This document shows positions 30,205 through 39,255 of a stretch of 64,000 bases of DNA, piece by piece. The stretch is from a virus, in IMG/VR virus record IMGVR_UViG_3300042549_009011, positions 32,001 to 96,000 of that record; one strand, written 5' to 3'. A program made the translations under genes and the position numbers. The notes under the pieces are model-generated. The model was given only the letters and a program-made list of their open reading frames with translations, searched no databases and had not been told where the DNA came from. How positions within the stretch are numbered: position 1 is the stretch's first letter; the number at the start of each line of letters is the position of its first letter.

Positions 30205-31316
30205 TATGACGTAGTATACAGGTAAACCCAATCTAAGTCAAGTAAAAAAAGATTATTCGAATTTATCGCTTCAAGATAAGAGCTAAATTGTTTGCTGCCA
30301 ATAAAAATTGTTTTATTAGATTTTAATTTAACATCTTTCTCATTAATGTTTGATATTTTTTTTGAGTTCTCTTTTATTAAAGAATTCATATCATGAAAAA
30401 TAATATCGTAATCAAAAAATATTCTTCTTTGTTGGGCGAGCTTGTCTTTAGAAACACACAAAAGATTTAAATGAATTCCCAATGATTTTACTTTCTTTAC
30501 GAAAATTTCATCAAATTCATTTGCTAAATAATTTATAGCACGAATACGTCGAGACAATAAAATTTCTTCAGAAATCGGATTTGACAAAGTTAATTCTACT
30601 GTATTATTTTTTATAATTTCATATAGAACTTCTTCATTGTGATGAATATCCATTCTTACATTTATTTTGTCATGAATAACAGAACAATGTTCATTAGGAA
30701 TTATTTCAACGCATTCGGTCTTATATCTATCTCCAATGAATAAAGTTTTGAATCTTTTTTTGTTTTTCAAACCCAATAGATTAAGAATTTTTTCAGCAAT
30801 TTTTTCTGGAAATATTTTATTTATTGTTTTAGGATTTTCATTTGCATCATAAGAAAATTTTTGATTACCAGAAATAGAAATAATAAATTCTGTTTTCTTT
30901 TTATCGAATTTCCAAGGACCAGAGTTTTTAGGATTAGTGTGCGAATAAATACCCAAAAGAGGTGTGTTTAAATCACCAGCCAAAGAACAATAAATAGAAT
31001 CAGTACCGATATGACATAAGGAATTTTTTATTATGAAAGCGGCTTGTTTTTTAGAGCAATACGCATGAAAATCACAATGATTTATTTTTTGCTTTTCATC
31101 TTGTAAAATTTGAACAATCTTTATATTTTTTTTATTTAATTGAGGTCTTAATAACTCTATTACTTCTTCCCAATAATCATAGGTAGTGGCATTTAAGCAA
31201 GCATGATTAATCGTTATATATTTTTCAAAAGGAATTGAAAAAAAAATATGATTGATAATTGGTTTACCAATTTTAACTCCACAAGATTTTGCGTATTCTT
31301 CTATAAGATGACTCAT
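30204..31316 (-). CDS. GT9 (heptosyltransferase-like) C-terminal domain protein
   Basis: AFIIKNSLCHIGTDS...AGDLNTPLLGIYSHTNP...GPW matches the GT9 C-terminal pattern. Confidence 0.65.
   Translation of the reverse strand: MSHLIEEYAKSCGVKIGKPIINHIFFSIPFEKYITINHACLNATTYDYWEEVIELLRPQLNKKNIKIVQILQDEKQKINHCDFHAYCSKKQAAFIIKNSLCHIGTDSIYCSLAGDLNTPLLGIYSHTNPKNSGPWKFDKKKTEFIISISGNQKFSYDANENPKTINKIFPEKIAEKILNLLGLKNKKRFKTLFIGDRYKTECVEIIPNEHCSVIHDKINVRMDIHHNEEVLYEIIKNNTVELTLSNPISEEILLSRRIRAINYLANEFDEIFVKKVKSLGIHLNLLCVSKDKLAQQRRIFFDYDIIFHDMNSLIKENSKKISNINEKDVKLKSNKTIFIGSKQFSSYLEAINSNNLFLLDLDWVYLYTTS
30213..30241 (-). promoter_or_regulatory. Sigma70-type promoter, near-leaderless
   Basis: TTGACT-N17-TATACT-N8-ATG on the minus strand. 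Confidence 0.7.
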
Positions 31317-31318
31317 TA

Positions 31319-33025
31319 TTATTCTAGTTCAAATTGGATTACATCTTCACCATTATGTAGATATGATAAAAATTTCTGAGTTGTAGCGTGGGGTAAAAAA
31401 GCGATTTTAAAATAACCATTATGATCTGCTCTTCCCTCCAATAAAAAGGAGCTATCTACTCCATTTTGATAAGGTATCAATTTATGGATATACGGATTAT
31501 CTTCGATTAGTTCGAAATATTCTGTTTTTGTTATGAAATAAATATTGTCTGTAGGATATGCTTTTTTAATATTTTCAATTAATCCGTTTATTAAATAAAT
31601 ATCTTTTTCTGATTCTGGTAAAACAACCGCAATTCTTTTACCAGCATCTTCTTTGTCAAGAAAATCTTCAAAGCTTAAAATTTGTTGCTCTGGTTGTTCG
31701 ATTTCTTCTTTTTGAATGAAATTATTTTTAGCTTCTAATATAACTTCTTTTAATCTTTTTACAATTTTTTCTACACAAAATTTTTCTTTGATATATTTTT
31801 GACCATTTTCTAAAAGAATATTTTTTTCATCATCTTTCATTTTGAAAACTTTTTCTAAGTTTTTTGCTATACTATCTGGACAAGTTGTTGCTTTGATGAA
31901 TTGAGTATTAGGTTCTCTATATTCTTTCCATTCTAAAGGAATTCCTCCTTGATATTCGTAGCATGAATCTGTGCCACATGAGTAATCTGTTACTAAAGTA
32001 ATTAAGCCAGCAGCTTTTGCCTCTTGAATTGGAAGTTCTTGCCCACCACTGGTAAATGGGTGGCAATAAACATCCATACAATTATATATTTCATTTAATT
32101 GATCTTCAGAAACTCCAAGAGCGCTAGTTTTCGTATGAACACAGCCAGTAGAACCACAAGCTGGACAATCCTTTTCTTCTCCTATATATTTGTATAGAAA
32201 GTAGTTTCCACATTTATGACAGATATAAGTAGCCAAGAAGTCATCCATGTTCATTTTCTTTTCATCAATAAATCTAAGAATATCCCAGCCATGTATTTTA
32301 TCTGACCAATCTGTATGTAAAAGCAATTTTGCTTTTGATTCTGGATTCTTTTCTTTAAAAATTCTGAAACCCTCTAAGATATTAGGTACAGATTTTCTTA
32401 ATTGATTTTTAAAAACAAAGCCAACAATAAATTCATCTGTTAATGAGAATTTTTGTCTTATTTCTAATCTATTTTCTAATGGTTTAAAATTAGAATAATC
32501 TACAGCCCCATGAAGAGTTTCAACATTCTTATGCCCCATTTTTCTTAACTCCTCTTCGGCAAAAGAAGCCCACACAAGAAATTTATCTGTATTGTCAGAA
32601 TAAAATCTAGCTTCTGGAAGAATTGGAATGCTATCAATTGTTGTCCAAATTATTTTTGGAATTTTATTCCACCAAGGTTTTTTTTCAAATTCTCTAAAAG
32701 CCCATATATCTTCAATTCCTAGATAAACATCTATTTCGTGATCTTGTATTATTTTGTCTATTGTATAATAACCGTAACCAGCAGCCTGTGATCTAGATGG
32801 ATCAGAGTTTATTTGACTAATAACAGATTGATCTACTGGTGCTGTTCCTTCACTAACCCAAGGAGTTCTTTTGTCAGATCCGTAGTAAACGCCATTTGCT
32901 GCTTCAATAATCTCTATATCTGGATCGTCAAAAAGCGATAGAAGAATATTTTTCATATTCTTGCCAAAGCCAGTAACCATTCTGCTATAGTTACTGTGTA
33001 CTAATACTTTTATTTTTTTAGACAT
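31319..33025 (-). CDS. GT4-family glycosyltransferase with zinc-ribbon insert and C-terminal GT9-N-like domain
   Basis: TGFG N-terminus; KNQLRKS; YNCMDVYCHPFTSGGQELPIQEAKAAG; CHKC...CPAC insert; KKAYP...DNPYI tail. Confidence 0.8.
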   Translation of the reverse strand: MSKKIKVLVHSNYSRMVTGFGKNMKNILLSLFDDPDIEIIEAANGVYYGSDKRTPWVSEGTAPVDQSVISQINSDPSRSQAAGYGYYTIDKIIQDHEIDVYLGIEDIWAFREFEKKPWWNKIPKIIWTTIDSIPILPEARFYSDNTDKFLVWASFAEEELRKMGHKNVETLHGAVDYSNFKPLENRLEIRQKFSLTDEFIVGFVFKNQLRKSVPNILEGFRIFKEKNPESKAKLLLHTDWSDKIHGWDILRFIDEKKMNMDDFLATYICHKCGNYFLYKYIGEEKDCPACGSTGCVHTKTSALGVSEDQLNEIYNCMDVYCHPFTSGGQELPIQEAKAAGLITLVTDYSCGTDSCYEYQGGIPLEWKEYREPNTQFIKATTCPDSIAKNLEKVFKMKDDEKNILLENGQKYIKEKFCVEKIVKRLKEVILEAKNNFIQKEEIEQPEQQILSFEDFLDKEDAGKRIAVVLPESEKDIYLINGLIENIKKAYPTDNIYFITKTEYFELIEDNPYIHKLIPYQNGVDSSFLLEGRADHNGYFKIAFLPHATTQKFLSYLHNGEDVIQFELE

Positions 33026-33609
33026 TAAAATGGAACGTCTTCTTCGTCTTCAATTTCTTCTTGTTTAGCCACTGACTCTTTTTCTTTATAAACAGGTCTG
33101 TCAGATTGATACTCTTTTTGTTTTTCTGCTTGGAAAAGTAAATCTCTAGAAATGAACTCTTTAAGTAGAATTGAAAGAACTTCTGTTTCGCCAGCCTCTA
33201 ATGCTAATTTAAAATTAGAAGAAGAGTTTTTTGAGATAGAAATACCAAATGCTGGAGATTTGTATGTCTCTTCTCCATTTTGGGTTTTGATTTTTTTCTC
33301 TTTATCCCAAGGTGTAAATTTAATAATCGTAGTATCTTCATTAAATTTGTGGAAGAATACAGATGGAATTCTTGTATTGAAAGAAGAAATAATTTCTCCA
33401 GCTTCATTAGCATTCATTTTAAAATTACCAGATTTGCTTGGATTCTTGGCATTCCCAGAAAAAGAACCTGTTTTTGTTTTTTCATTCCAGCCACTTTGAA
33501 GTATTGAGCTAATGTAAAGCGTTGGAGCGCCATCTTTGGCAACTCCTATGGAAAAATTCATCGCGCAGCCAGTATTTTTAGAATTTGGTTTGTAAATTTG
33601 ATATTTCAT
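33025..33609 (-). CDS. Putative single-stranded DNA-binding protein
   Basis: Acidic C-terminal tail EDEEDVPF resembling the SSB DDDIPF motif; beta-rich core. Confidence 0.55.
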   Translation of the reverse strand: MKYQIYKPNSKNTGCAMNFSIGVAKDGAPTLYISSILQSGWNEKTKTGSFSGNAKNPSKSGNFKMNANEAGEIISSFNTRIPSVFFHKFNEDTTIIKFTPWDKEKKIKTQNGEETYKSPAFGISISKNSSSNFKLALEAGETEVLSILLKEFISRDLLFQAEKQKEYQSDRPVYKEKESVAKQEEIEDEEDVPF

Positions 33610-33617
33610 GTTTTGAA

Positions 33618-33623
33618 GTGTAA
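33618..33623 (+). promoter_or_regulatory. GTGTAA putative late promoter (isolated fibre gene)
   Basis: Intergenic, 26 nt before ATG 33650. Confidence 0.6.
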
Positions 33624-33639
33624 TTCTTTTCAGATAACT

Positions 33640-33667
33640 ATTCTATCACATGTTTCATAAAATTCAA
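33640..33667 (-). promoter_or_regulatory. Sigma70-type promoter for the minus-strand operon
   Basis: TTGAAT-N16-TAGAAT with TGn extension; overlaps the start of 33650. Confidence 0.55.
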
Positions 33668-34672
33668 CCAGAACAAATACAATTACCCACTTTTTCAAGT
33701 CCAAGTGGTAGTATTAATTTTGAAGTTGGCTCAAATTTCGTATATGCGAATTTATCAAACGCGCTTACTGGTAATTTTTTTATTACTGGACAGCTTTTTA
33801 TAAATAACCAAAAAGTACAATTTTCCGATCCTTCTAATACTGTTGCATCTGGAACATCTAATTTTATACTTGGTGGTAAATTTAACAATATTCAAGGAAC
33901 TGGTAATGTAGTTCTCAATGGAATATATAATACACTTAATGGTAATAGCAACTCTGTTGTTAATGGGGAGTTTTGTGATTTTAGCGTAAATTCAATTAAA
34001 AATACTGTATTAGCTGGAGCTTATTGCTCTTTTCAATCTGGCGTTACTGGATCAGCAATATTAGGAGATACTAGATCTTACTCAAAACCAAGCTATGGAT
34101 CGAATACTCTTTCAATTTATTATGAGTCTGGAGCTTATTTTAATAATACTCCAGTAATATTAGATAACTCAGATATTTATCTTACATCTTCAGCTTCTGG
34201 AGTATTCTCTGGAGATTGTAGTTTCTTTGGGAATTTAAAGAAAGGTGGGCTTACAGTTGCAACTACTGGAGATATTTTTAGCGCAAACACTGGAATAAAA
34301 AATGATTTAGTTAATACTGGTATATATGCTGTTTCCGTAAAAACTGACCTTATAAATACTGGGGTATATGCTGTTTCAGTGAAAAATTCACTAGATATTT
34401 TAAGCGGTAACTCTTTATTAAAAACTGGAAGTCAAGTTGCCAGTGGGCAAAAAACATTTGCTCAAGATACAGTTTTTTCAGAATCAATCTTGATAAAAGG
34501 CAATTCTGGTATTCTTTCTGGAGTGAATGGATCAACAACACAAATCCCAATAGATTCTGGAGATTCAGTTGGGCAAAGAGGGTTAATTTCTTATTCTGGA
34601 GAATATTTATTCTTGAAAATATCAGATAATCCAAATCAATGGATTAGATTTTCTGGACAGTCATTCTGGTAA
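33650..34672 (+). CDS. Fibre/spike-like virion protein, [ST]G-rich
   Basis: Beta-helix/adhesin-like repeats (ILGGKFNNI, VLNGIYNTL, VVNGEFC); TGSQVASGQKTF fibre motif; C-terminal G..G.I.Y...YLF...W.R; 22 [ST]G; own GTGTAA motif. Confidence 0.6.
   Translation: MFHKIQPEQIQLPTFSSPSGSINFEVGSNFVYANLSNALTGNFFITGQLFINNQKVQFSDPSNTVASGTSNFILGGKFNNIQGTGNVVLNGIYNTLNGNSNSVVNGEFCDFSVNSIKNTVLAGAYCSFQSGVTGSAILGDTRSYSKPSYGSNTLSIYYESGAYFNNTPVILDNSDIYLTSSASGVFSGDCSFFGNLKKGGLTVATTGDIFSANTGIKNDLVNTGIYAVSVKTDLINTGVYAVSVKNSLDILSGNSLLKTGSQVASGQKTFAQDTVFSESILIKGNSGILSGVNGSTTQIPIDSGDSVGQRGLISYSGEYLFLKISDNPNQWIRFSGQSFW
34304..34387 (+). repeat. 42-nt (14-aa) tandem duplication in the fibre gene
   Basis: DLVNTGIYAVSVKT / DLINTGVYAVSVKN. 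Confidence 0.85.
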
Positions 34673-34675
34673 TAA

Positions 34676-35056
34676 TTAAAAGTCAACTTTTACTTTAGAA
34701 GTTTCAAAACTTTTCTTCTTATCTAGAAGATGTTTTTTGCCAACTTTTTTCTCATAATCAGAAAATACTTTTCTTTTAACTGGATCTTCTGTGCCAGTTT
34801 GCTGTGATCTTTTTTCAGAAAGTTCCGCTGAAAGATCCATTACTTCTCCAACTGTTCCATTTTTATTACCAGTTTTTCTTATGAAATCATTAGCAGAAAA
34901 TGGATCTATTTTTGTATCTATAGATGCTGTTGGAACAGTAAATACTCTTTTCCACTCAATACCTTGTTCGTCAAAGTATTCGTGTTTATCGTTCATTCCC
35001 TGAAGAACCTCTAAAACTTCATCTGTTTCTGGATTTTGATATAAGTATATAGGCAT
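34676..35056 (-). CDS. FmdB-like small protein lacking the zinc cysteines
   Basis: MPIYLY...E.LE..Q.M N-terminus typical of the FmdB family. Confidence 0.5.
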   Translation of the reverse strand: MPIYLYQNPETDEVLEVLQGMNDKHEYFDEQGIEWKRVFTVPTASIDTKIDPFSANDFIRKTGNKNGTVGEVMDLSAELSEKRSQQTGTEDPVKRKVFSDYEKKVGKKHLLDKKKSFETSKVKVDF

Positions 35057-36141
35057 TATTTTATTTTTTCTAGAATAGAATTTATTGTTTTTTCGTATGT
35101 AAATTCTTCTTGAAGCTTCAAGCCCTGTGTATTTTCTTGTTTTGCCACAAGCACAGCTTTATCCATAGCTTCTGAAATAGATTCTTGGCTAATATTGTAC
35201 ATATATCCTTGATTGAAAGGAAGTCCTTTTGCAAAAAATGCTCCATCGTAACATTCTATCTTTCCAGTAGGCTCAACTAATATACAATTATCTTTATTAG
35301 CCCAATCTTTATGAGCAGAGCAATTGCTTACAATAGACCACTTTCCAAGGGCTGTAGCGTTAAAAGCTGGTAGTCCCCAGCCTTCAGACGAGGAAAGCCC
35401 AGACAGGTCGATATCTATGGCATTAATGACCTCGTTTACTTCTGAGTTAGTTTTTAAATTTGGCAAAATATTTAAATTAGTCCATCTTCTTCCTCCAACT
35501 GTTTGATTTATGATTTTAGAAAAATCTTCTTGTGAAAAGAATGGATTGTTAACCAAGCAAGTTAATTGATATTTTGGATTATTGCCAAATTTATTTAGCC
35601 AAGTTTGAATTATTAATTGTGTATTCTTTCTTTTCTCAAATTTTCCAACTAAGCCAAAGTGGATAACATCTTTTCCAAGATATTCTTTATTTGTTTTATG
35701 GAAATCTTTATCAAAACCAATTGGAATGCTAGAGACATTTTGGCAACCAGCATTTAAAAAAGCGTTTTTAGCTTCTGAAGAAGAAAAGAAAACATGCTCT
35801 TGGCTATTAACAATAGAAATTTCTTCTTCTGTTGGTGAATCACATTCATAGAATGTATATAAAAATTGTTTTGGAGCGACTCTATTTTCCGCTCCGTTTA
35901 TGTGCCACAATTTTAAAGTTGGAATATCCTTATTTAATTTTTTATGTCTATTGTAAGCTGATGATTTAATCCATTCAATAAGTTCTGGATCTGCTTTATC
36001 AAAAGATTCAAAGTTCGCAGAATTTCCTTGAGGGAATAGTGAGATATCCATTCCAATTTTCCAAAATTCTCTTAGAAAATTAAAAGATACATTACCAAAG
36101 CTTAATGAGTTAATTGGGCAATCAAAGTGTAATTGTTTCAT
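35056..36141 (-). CDS. GT4-family glycosyltransferase (likely start ATG near 36140, MKQLHF)
   Basis: GKFEKRKN and SSSEGWGLPAFNATALG GT-B motifs. Confidence 0.8.
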   Translation of the reverse strand: MKQLHFDCPINSLSFGNVSFNFLREFWKIGMDISLFPQGNSANFESFDKADPELIEWIKSSAYNRHKKLNKDIPTLKLWHINGAENRVAPKQFLYTFYECDSPTEEEISIVNSQEHVFFSSSEAKNAFLNAGCQNVSSIPIGFDKDFHKTNKEYLGKDVIHFGLVGKFEKRKNTQLIIQTWLNKFGNNPKYQLTCLVNNPFFSQEDFSKIINQTVGGRRWTNLNILPNLKTNSEVNEVINAIDIDLSGLSSSEGWGLPAFNATALGKWSIVSNCSAHKDWANKDNCILVEPTGKIECYDGAFFAKGLPFNQGYMYNISQESISEAMDKAVLVAKQENTQGLKLQEEFTYEKTINSILEKIK

Positions 36142-36715
36142 TTTTTATTTTCTTTTGAAGTTGTTCTATTGTTTTATTGTGAATATCAATGCAGCCTTGA
36201 ATACTTAAATTTATTTTTTTAGCAATTTCTTTCCAAGGCTTTAATTTTTTTTCATTTGTTGAAAAGTATCTTTCTTTGAAGATTTCAGTGACTCTTTTAT
36301 CTTCGTGTTGTTCTATCAAAAAACAAACCTTTTTCAAAAACTCTCTTTTGGATGATGCTTCACAAGGTATTTCTTGATTTGATTCTTGCTCATATTCTAC
36401 ATCGTCAAAATTTACGAATTTAGAATTCTTCTTATTAATTGTTTTGTTTGTAAGACAATTGTATCTAGTTCTATTTGCTAGATAAGTAGAAAACTTACTT
36501 TTTGATTCATCATGTTCTAATGCAGCAGAATAGATATTAAAATCTTTATCCTTCATTAAATCATCAATTTGAGTTTCGGTTAAATGTTTTTGACCGTATC
36601 TTCGAATCATTTCGATATATATGCCAGAATGCCTAGATATTAATTCTAATAAAGAATTATTATCTTTATTCATTTTAATTTCTTTAATTAAATATTCGTC
36701 AGTTGTTTCACTCAT
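36122..36715 (-). CDS. Phage-encoded sigma70-family RNA polymerase sigma factor
   Basis: TDEYLI N-terminus; region 2 (DDL...AALEHDESKSKFSTYL); region 4 HTH (IFKERYF...PWKEIAKKINLSIQGC..IHNKTIEQLQK). Confidence 0.8.
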   Translation of the reverse strand: MSETTDEYLIKEIKMNKDNNSLLELISRHSGIYIEMIRRYGQKHLTETQIDDLMKDKDFNIYSAALEHDESKSKFSTYLANRTRYNCLTNKTINKKNSKFVNFDDVEYEQESNQEIPCEASSKREFLKKVCFLIEQHEDKRVTEIFKERYFSTNEKKLKPWKEIAKKINLSIQGCIDIHNKTIEQLQKKIKNETITL

Positions 36716-37314
36716 GAGAAAAATAATATGTTATTATAATAAAATTCTTCGCAAAGTTTTTTAGTTTTTTCTTTAAGATCAGAATCATCAACAGAATTTT
36801 CCCAAACAATTTGGAAATCAGAGTTCTTTTTAAGAATCGGATCATTTTGCTTTTCGTCACTATTAACTGGTTTAACAAAAACTTTTTTTCCGTTTTCTAC
36901 TTTATATCTTGAAACGTGAATAAGTTTTCCGTTTTGGTCTTTAAGCCAAAAAAGTTCATCTGTAGGTTGTTGAGCAAATCTAAGATCAGAAATAATTACA
37001 ACATCTGGATTTTGAATTTTAATTTTTTCTTGAACTTTATTAACCCAGTATCTTCCTTGAGTTTGCTCTCTTTTAGCTTGACCATAGGCTACAAGAAGTG
37101 GTCTGATCAATTCTTTGTCTTTACCATCTGCATTAAACGGATTGATGTTAAAGTTTTCAATTAAAAAAGAAGACATTTCTGATTTTAAATCTTCTGCGAA
37201 AGAAAGTCTCAAAACATTCAAACTTGGATTCATGTCTTTTATAACTGAAGCCAAACCATCTGAAATTGTGTCCTTACCTGCTCTTGCTACTCCTGATACT
37301 GCGATTATTTTCAT
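36712..37314 (-). CDS. Deoxynucleoside monophosphate kinase
   Basis: P-loop SGVARAGKDT; FAEDLK; RPLL..YG; VIISDLRF. Confidence 0.8.
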   Translation of the reverse strand: MKIIAVSGVARAGKDTISDGLASVIKDMNPSLNVLRLSFAEDLKSEMSSFLIENFNINPFNADGKDKELIRPLLVAYGQAKREQTQGRYWVNKVQEKIKIQNPDVVIISDLRFAQQPTDELFWLKDQNGKLIHVSRYKVENGKKVFVKPVNSDEKQNDPILKKNSDFQIVWENSVDDSDLKEKTKKLCEEFYYNNILFFS

Positions 37315-37319
37315 AGATA

Positions 37320-37850
37320 TTATTTTCCTGTGCTACCAAATCCACATTCTCCTCTTTTAGTTTCAGAGAATTTGCCAAGAATCAATTTTGGCACATAAGA
37401 AGGGCAGAATACAATCTGAGCAATCTTATCTCCTTTTTTGTAAATTTTATCAAAGTCAATTTTGACTACTAAATTTTCATAAATATACATTGGTTCAGAC
37501 TCTTTAATGTATTTAGCCATATCTAAATCTTTAGGTTGCCAAAGATAATTAAATCTTACTTTTATGCTTCCACGATAACCGTTGTCTATAACACCAACAG
37601 AGTTACAAAGTTGCAAATTGTAATTTGAAAGAGAAGATCTAGGATAAATCAAAGAATGAAATCCCTGTGGAGGTTCGATTTTTAAATCTACATCGTATTC
37701 TACATAATCAATAGATTCGTATAAAAAATCGTCATTGCTTATTTTTTCGCCAACAATTCTTGGCTCTGAAGAAGCGATCAAATCATAACCAACATCTTCG
37801 TCAGAAGGAGGAATTACGCTTTCTAGGTTAGAAACTATAACAGATTTCAT
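37320..37850 (-). CDS. dut: Trimeric dUTPase
   Basis: All five motifs: GYDL, PRSS, GVIDNGYRG, DKIAQ, RGECGFGSTG. Confidence 0.95.
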   Translation of the reverse strand: MKSVIVSNLESVIPPSDEDVGYDLIASSEPRIVGEKISNDDFLYESIDYVEYDVDLKIEPPQGFHSLIYPRSSLSNYNLQLCNSVGVIDNGYRGSIKVRFNYLWQPKDLDMAKYIKESEPMYIYENLVVKIDFDKIYKKGDKIAQIVFCPSYVPKLILGKFSETKRGECGFGSTGK

Positions 37851-37858
37851 TTAGCTGC

Positions 37859-37886
37859 ATTATAGATAAAAAAGAAATAAAGTCAA
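37859..37886 (-). promoter_or_regulatory. Sigma70-type promoter for the dut operon, near-leaderless
   Basis: TTGACT-N16-TATAAT-N8-ATG. Confidence 0.75.
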
Positions 37887-37921
37887 GATTAATTTTGTTT
37901 TAAAATAAAAATATTTTTTGC

Positions 37922-37950
37922 TTGACAATTTTTTTAAAAACCTGTATAAT
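37922..37950 (+). promoter_or_regulatory. Perfect-consensus sigma70 promoter
   Basis: TTGACA-N17-TATAAT, 314 nt before the next gene. Confidence 0.85.
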
Positions 37951-37956
37951 TGAAAT

Positions 37957-38120
37957 ACGTTCCTTCTACGAAAGAGGTTACGTCTCACGATAAGAATCGA
38001 GTTTCGAAAATGAATGAAATTAGAGTTCGATTTTCGAGAGTTCAGGTAAACCTTCACTCATTATTAATAATTACATTACGCTTCTATAAATATGGTAAAA
38101 ACAAAAAACGCTTGCGTAGG
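37957..38120 (+). ncRNA. Candidate structured non-coding RNA
   Basis: Downstream of a consensus promoter; hand-folded nested stems 37965-37973/38112-38120, 37974-37981/38046-38054 and 37984-38004/38023-38040. Confidence 0.4.
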
Positions 38121-38200
38121 TAAAAATATAAAAGATTGTTCGGAGTATTTAATAAAGATTTTGGGAAATTTTTGATTCGAAATTTAGTTAAAAAAAGAGC

Positions 38201-38229
38201 TTGCTTTTTCCAAAAAACAAACCTATGAT
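38201..38229 (+). promoter_or_regulatory. Sigma70-type promoter upstream of nrdB
   Basis: TTGCTT-N17-TATGAT. Confidence 0.5.
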
Positions 38230-38230
38230 G

Positions 38231-38236
38231 GTGTAA
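38231..38236 (+). promoter_or_regulatory. GTGTAA motif upstream of nrdB
   Basis: Intergenic, 28 nt before ATG 38265. Confidence 0.45.
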
Positions 38237-38264
38237 CTCTAACTACAAAAAGAGTTTTAAAAAA

Positions 38265-39251
38265 ATGAGTAATATATTTGAAAAGGGAAAGTATTTGGAT
38301 CAAGAATATCAGTTTTTGGATAAATACGTTGGGATAATGTATAGGAGCTTTTGGACTCCAGCTAAATACGAAAAGCTTATAAAAGAACAAGACGTTCCGT
38401 TTTTCTTCAATCAAATGGAAGAAATAGACAAAGAGACAATCAAAAGATGTATCCTTGCTGTGGCTTTGGTTGAAGATAAAGTTAAAGTTTTTTGGCCCAC
38501 CTTACACAATGATTTGCCACAAACGGTAATTGGAGATATTGCAGGAGTTTTCGGCATGAGCGAAACCACTCATAGACGTAGTTATCATTCTCTTCTTGAG
38601 AATTTAAAAATTAGTCCAGATGAAATTAATGATCACGAAGCCACAAGAGGCAGAATTAATTATCTTTCAAAATATCTTGAAACAGATCCAAAAATTATTG
38701 GTAAAAAAAGAATTCTTAAAAAACTTGTTTTGTTTACCTCTCTTGTTGAAAGAATAAGTCTTTTTACTCAATTTTATATTTTAATGTCTTACTCTAGATC
38801 GAATAGAGGTTTGAAAACAGTTTCTTCTTTACAGCAAAGCACTGCTCAAGAGGAATTAATCCATTATTCTTGTGGTCTTGATATTATCAATAAAATCAAA
38901 GAAGAATCTCCACAACTTTGGGATGATTATCTTATTGAGTTAATTGAAAAAAATATCAAAGAAGCTTACAAAGCAGAAAAAAAACTTATTGATTGGTTTT
39001 TTGAAAAAGGTGTTCCAAGTCACCTTACAAAAGGTGAAGTGGTCAACTTCTTAAATTTTAATTTTAATGAAGTTTGCAAAGATTTAAAGCTTGCAATTAA
39101 GTATCCATTTTGCCAAACTACTTATGAAGATAAGAACAAATGGATGATGGAAAAAATTACAACAGCTTGCGAGCCAGATTTTTTCGATACGCCAAGCGGT
39201 AATTATGCAGCAGAAGAAGAAGAGCTAGATTTAGACGAATTTGAATTTTAA
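38265..39251 (+). CDS. nrdB: Ribonucleotide reductase class I beta subunit (class Id-like)
   Basis: SFWTP; LVEDKVKVFW; SETTHRRSY; VERISLFTQF; QEELIH; C-terminal DFF...Y. Confidence 0.9.
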   Translation: MSNIFEKGKYLDQEYQFLDKYVGIMYRSFWTPAKYEKLIKEQDVPFFFNQMEEIDKETIKRCILAVALVEDKVKVFWPTLHNDLPQTVIGDIAGVFGMSETTHRRSYHSLLENLKISPDEINDHEATRGRINYLSKYLETDPKIIGKKRILKKLVLFTSLVERISLFTQFYILMSYSRSNRGLKTVSSLQQSTAQEELIHYSCGLDIINKIKEESPQLWDDYLIELIEKNIKEAYKAEKKLIDWFFEKGVPSHLTKGEVVNFLNFNFNEVCKDLKLAIKYPFCQTTYEDKNKWMMEKITTACEPDFFDTPSGNYAAEEEELDLDEFEF

Positions 39252-39255
39252 AAAT

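Noticed and set aside
34304-34387. Duplication in the fibre gene as a diversity-generating retroelement TR/VR pair
   Set aside because: Only 42 nt, tandem and in frame; differences are mostly synonymous and not adenine-specific; no reverse transcriptase in the window.
34676-34690. 15-nt match TTAAAAGTCAACTTT to 3060-3074
   Set aside because: AT-rich, and here it is simply the end of a coding sequence (KVDF*); plausibly chance.
37860-38057. 65-aa minus-strand ORF, and the 37-codon plus-strand ORF at 38010..38123
   Set aside because: The first runs through both divergent promoters; both have atypical codons. Treated as non-coding, though a leader peptide is not excluded.
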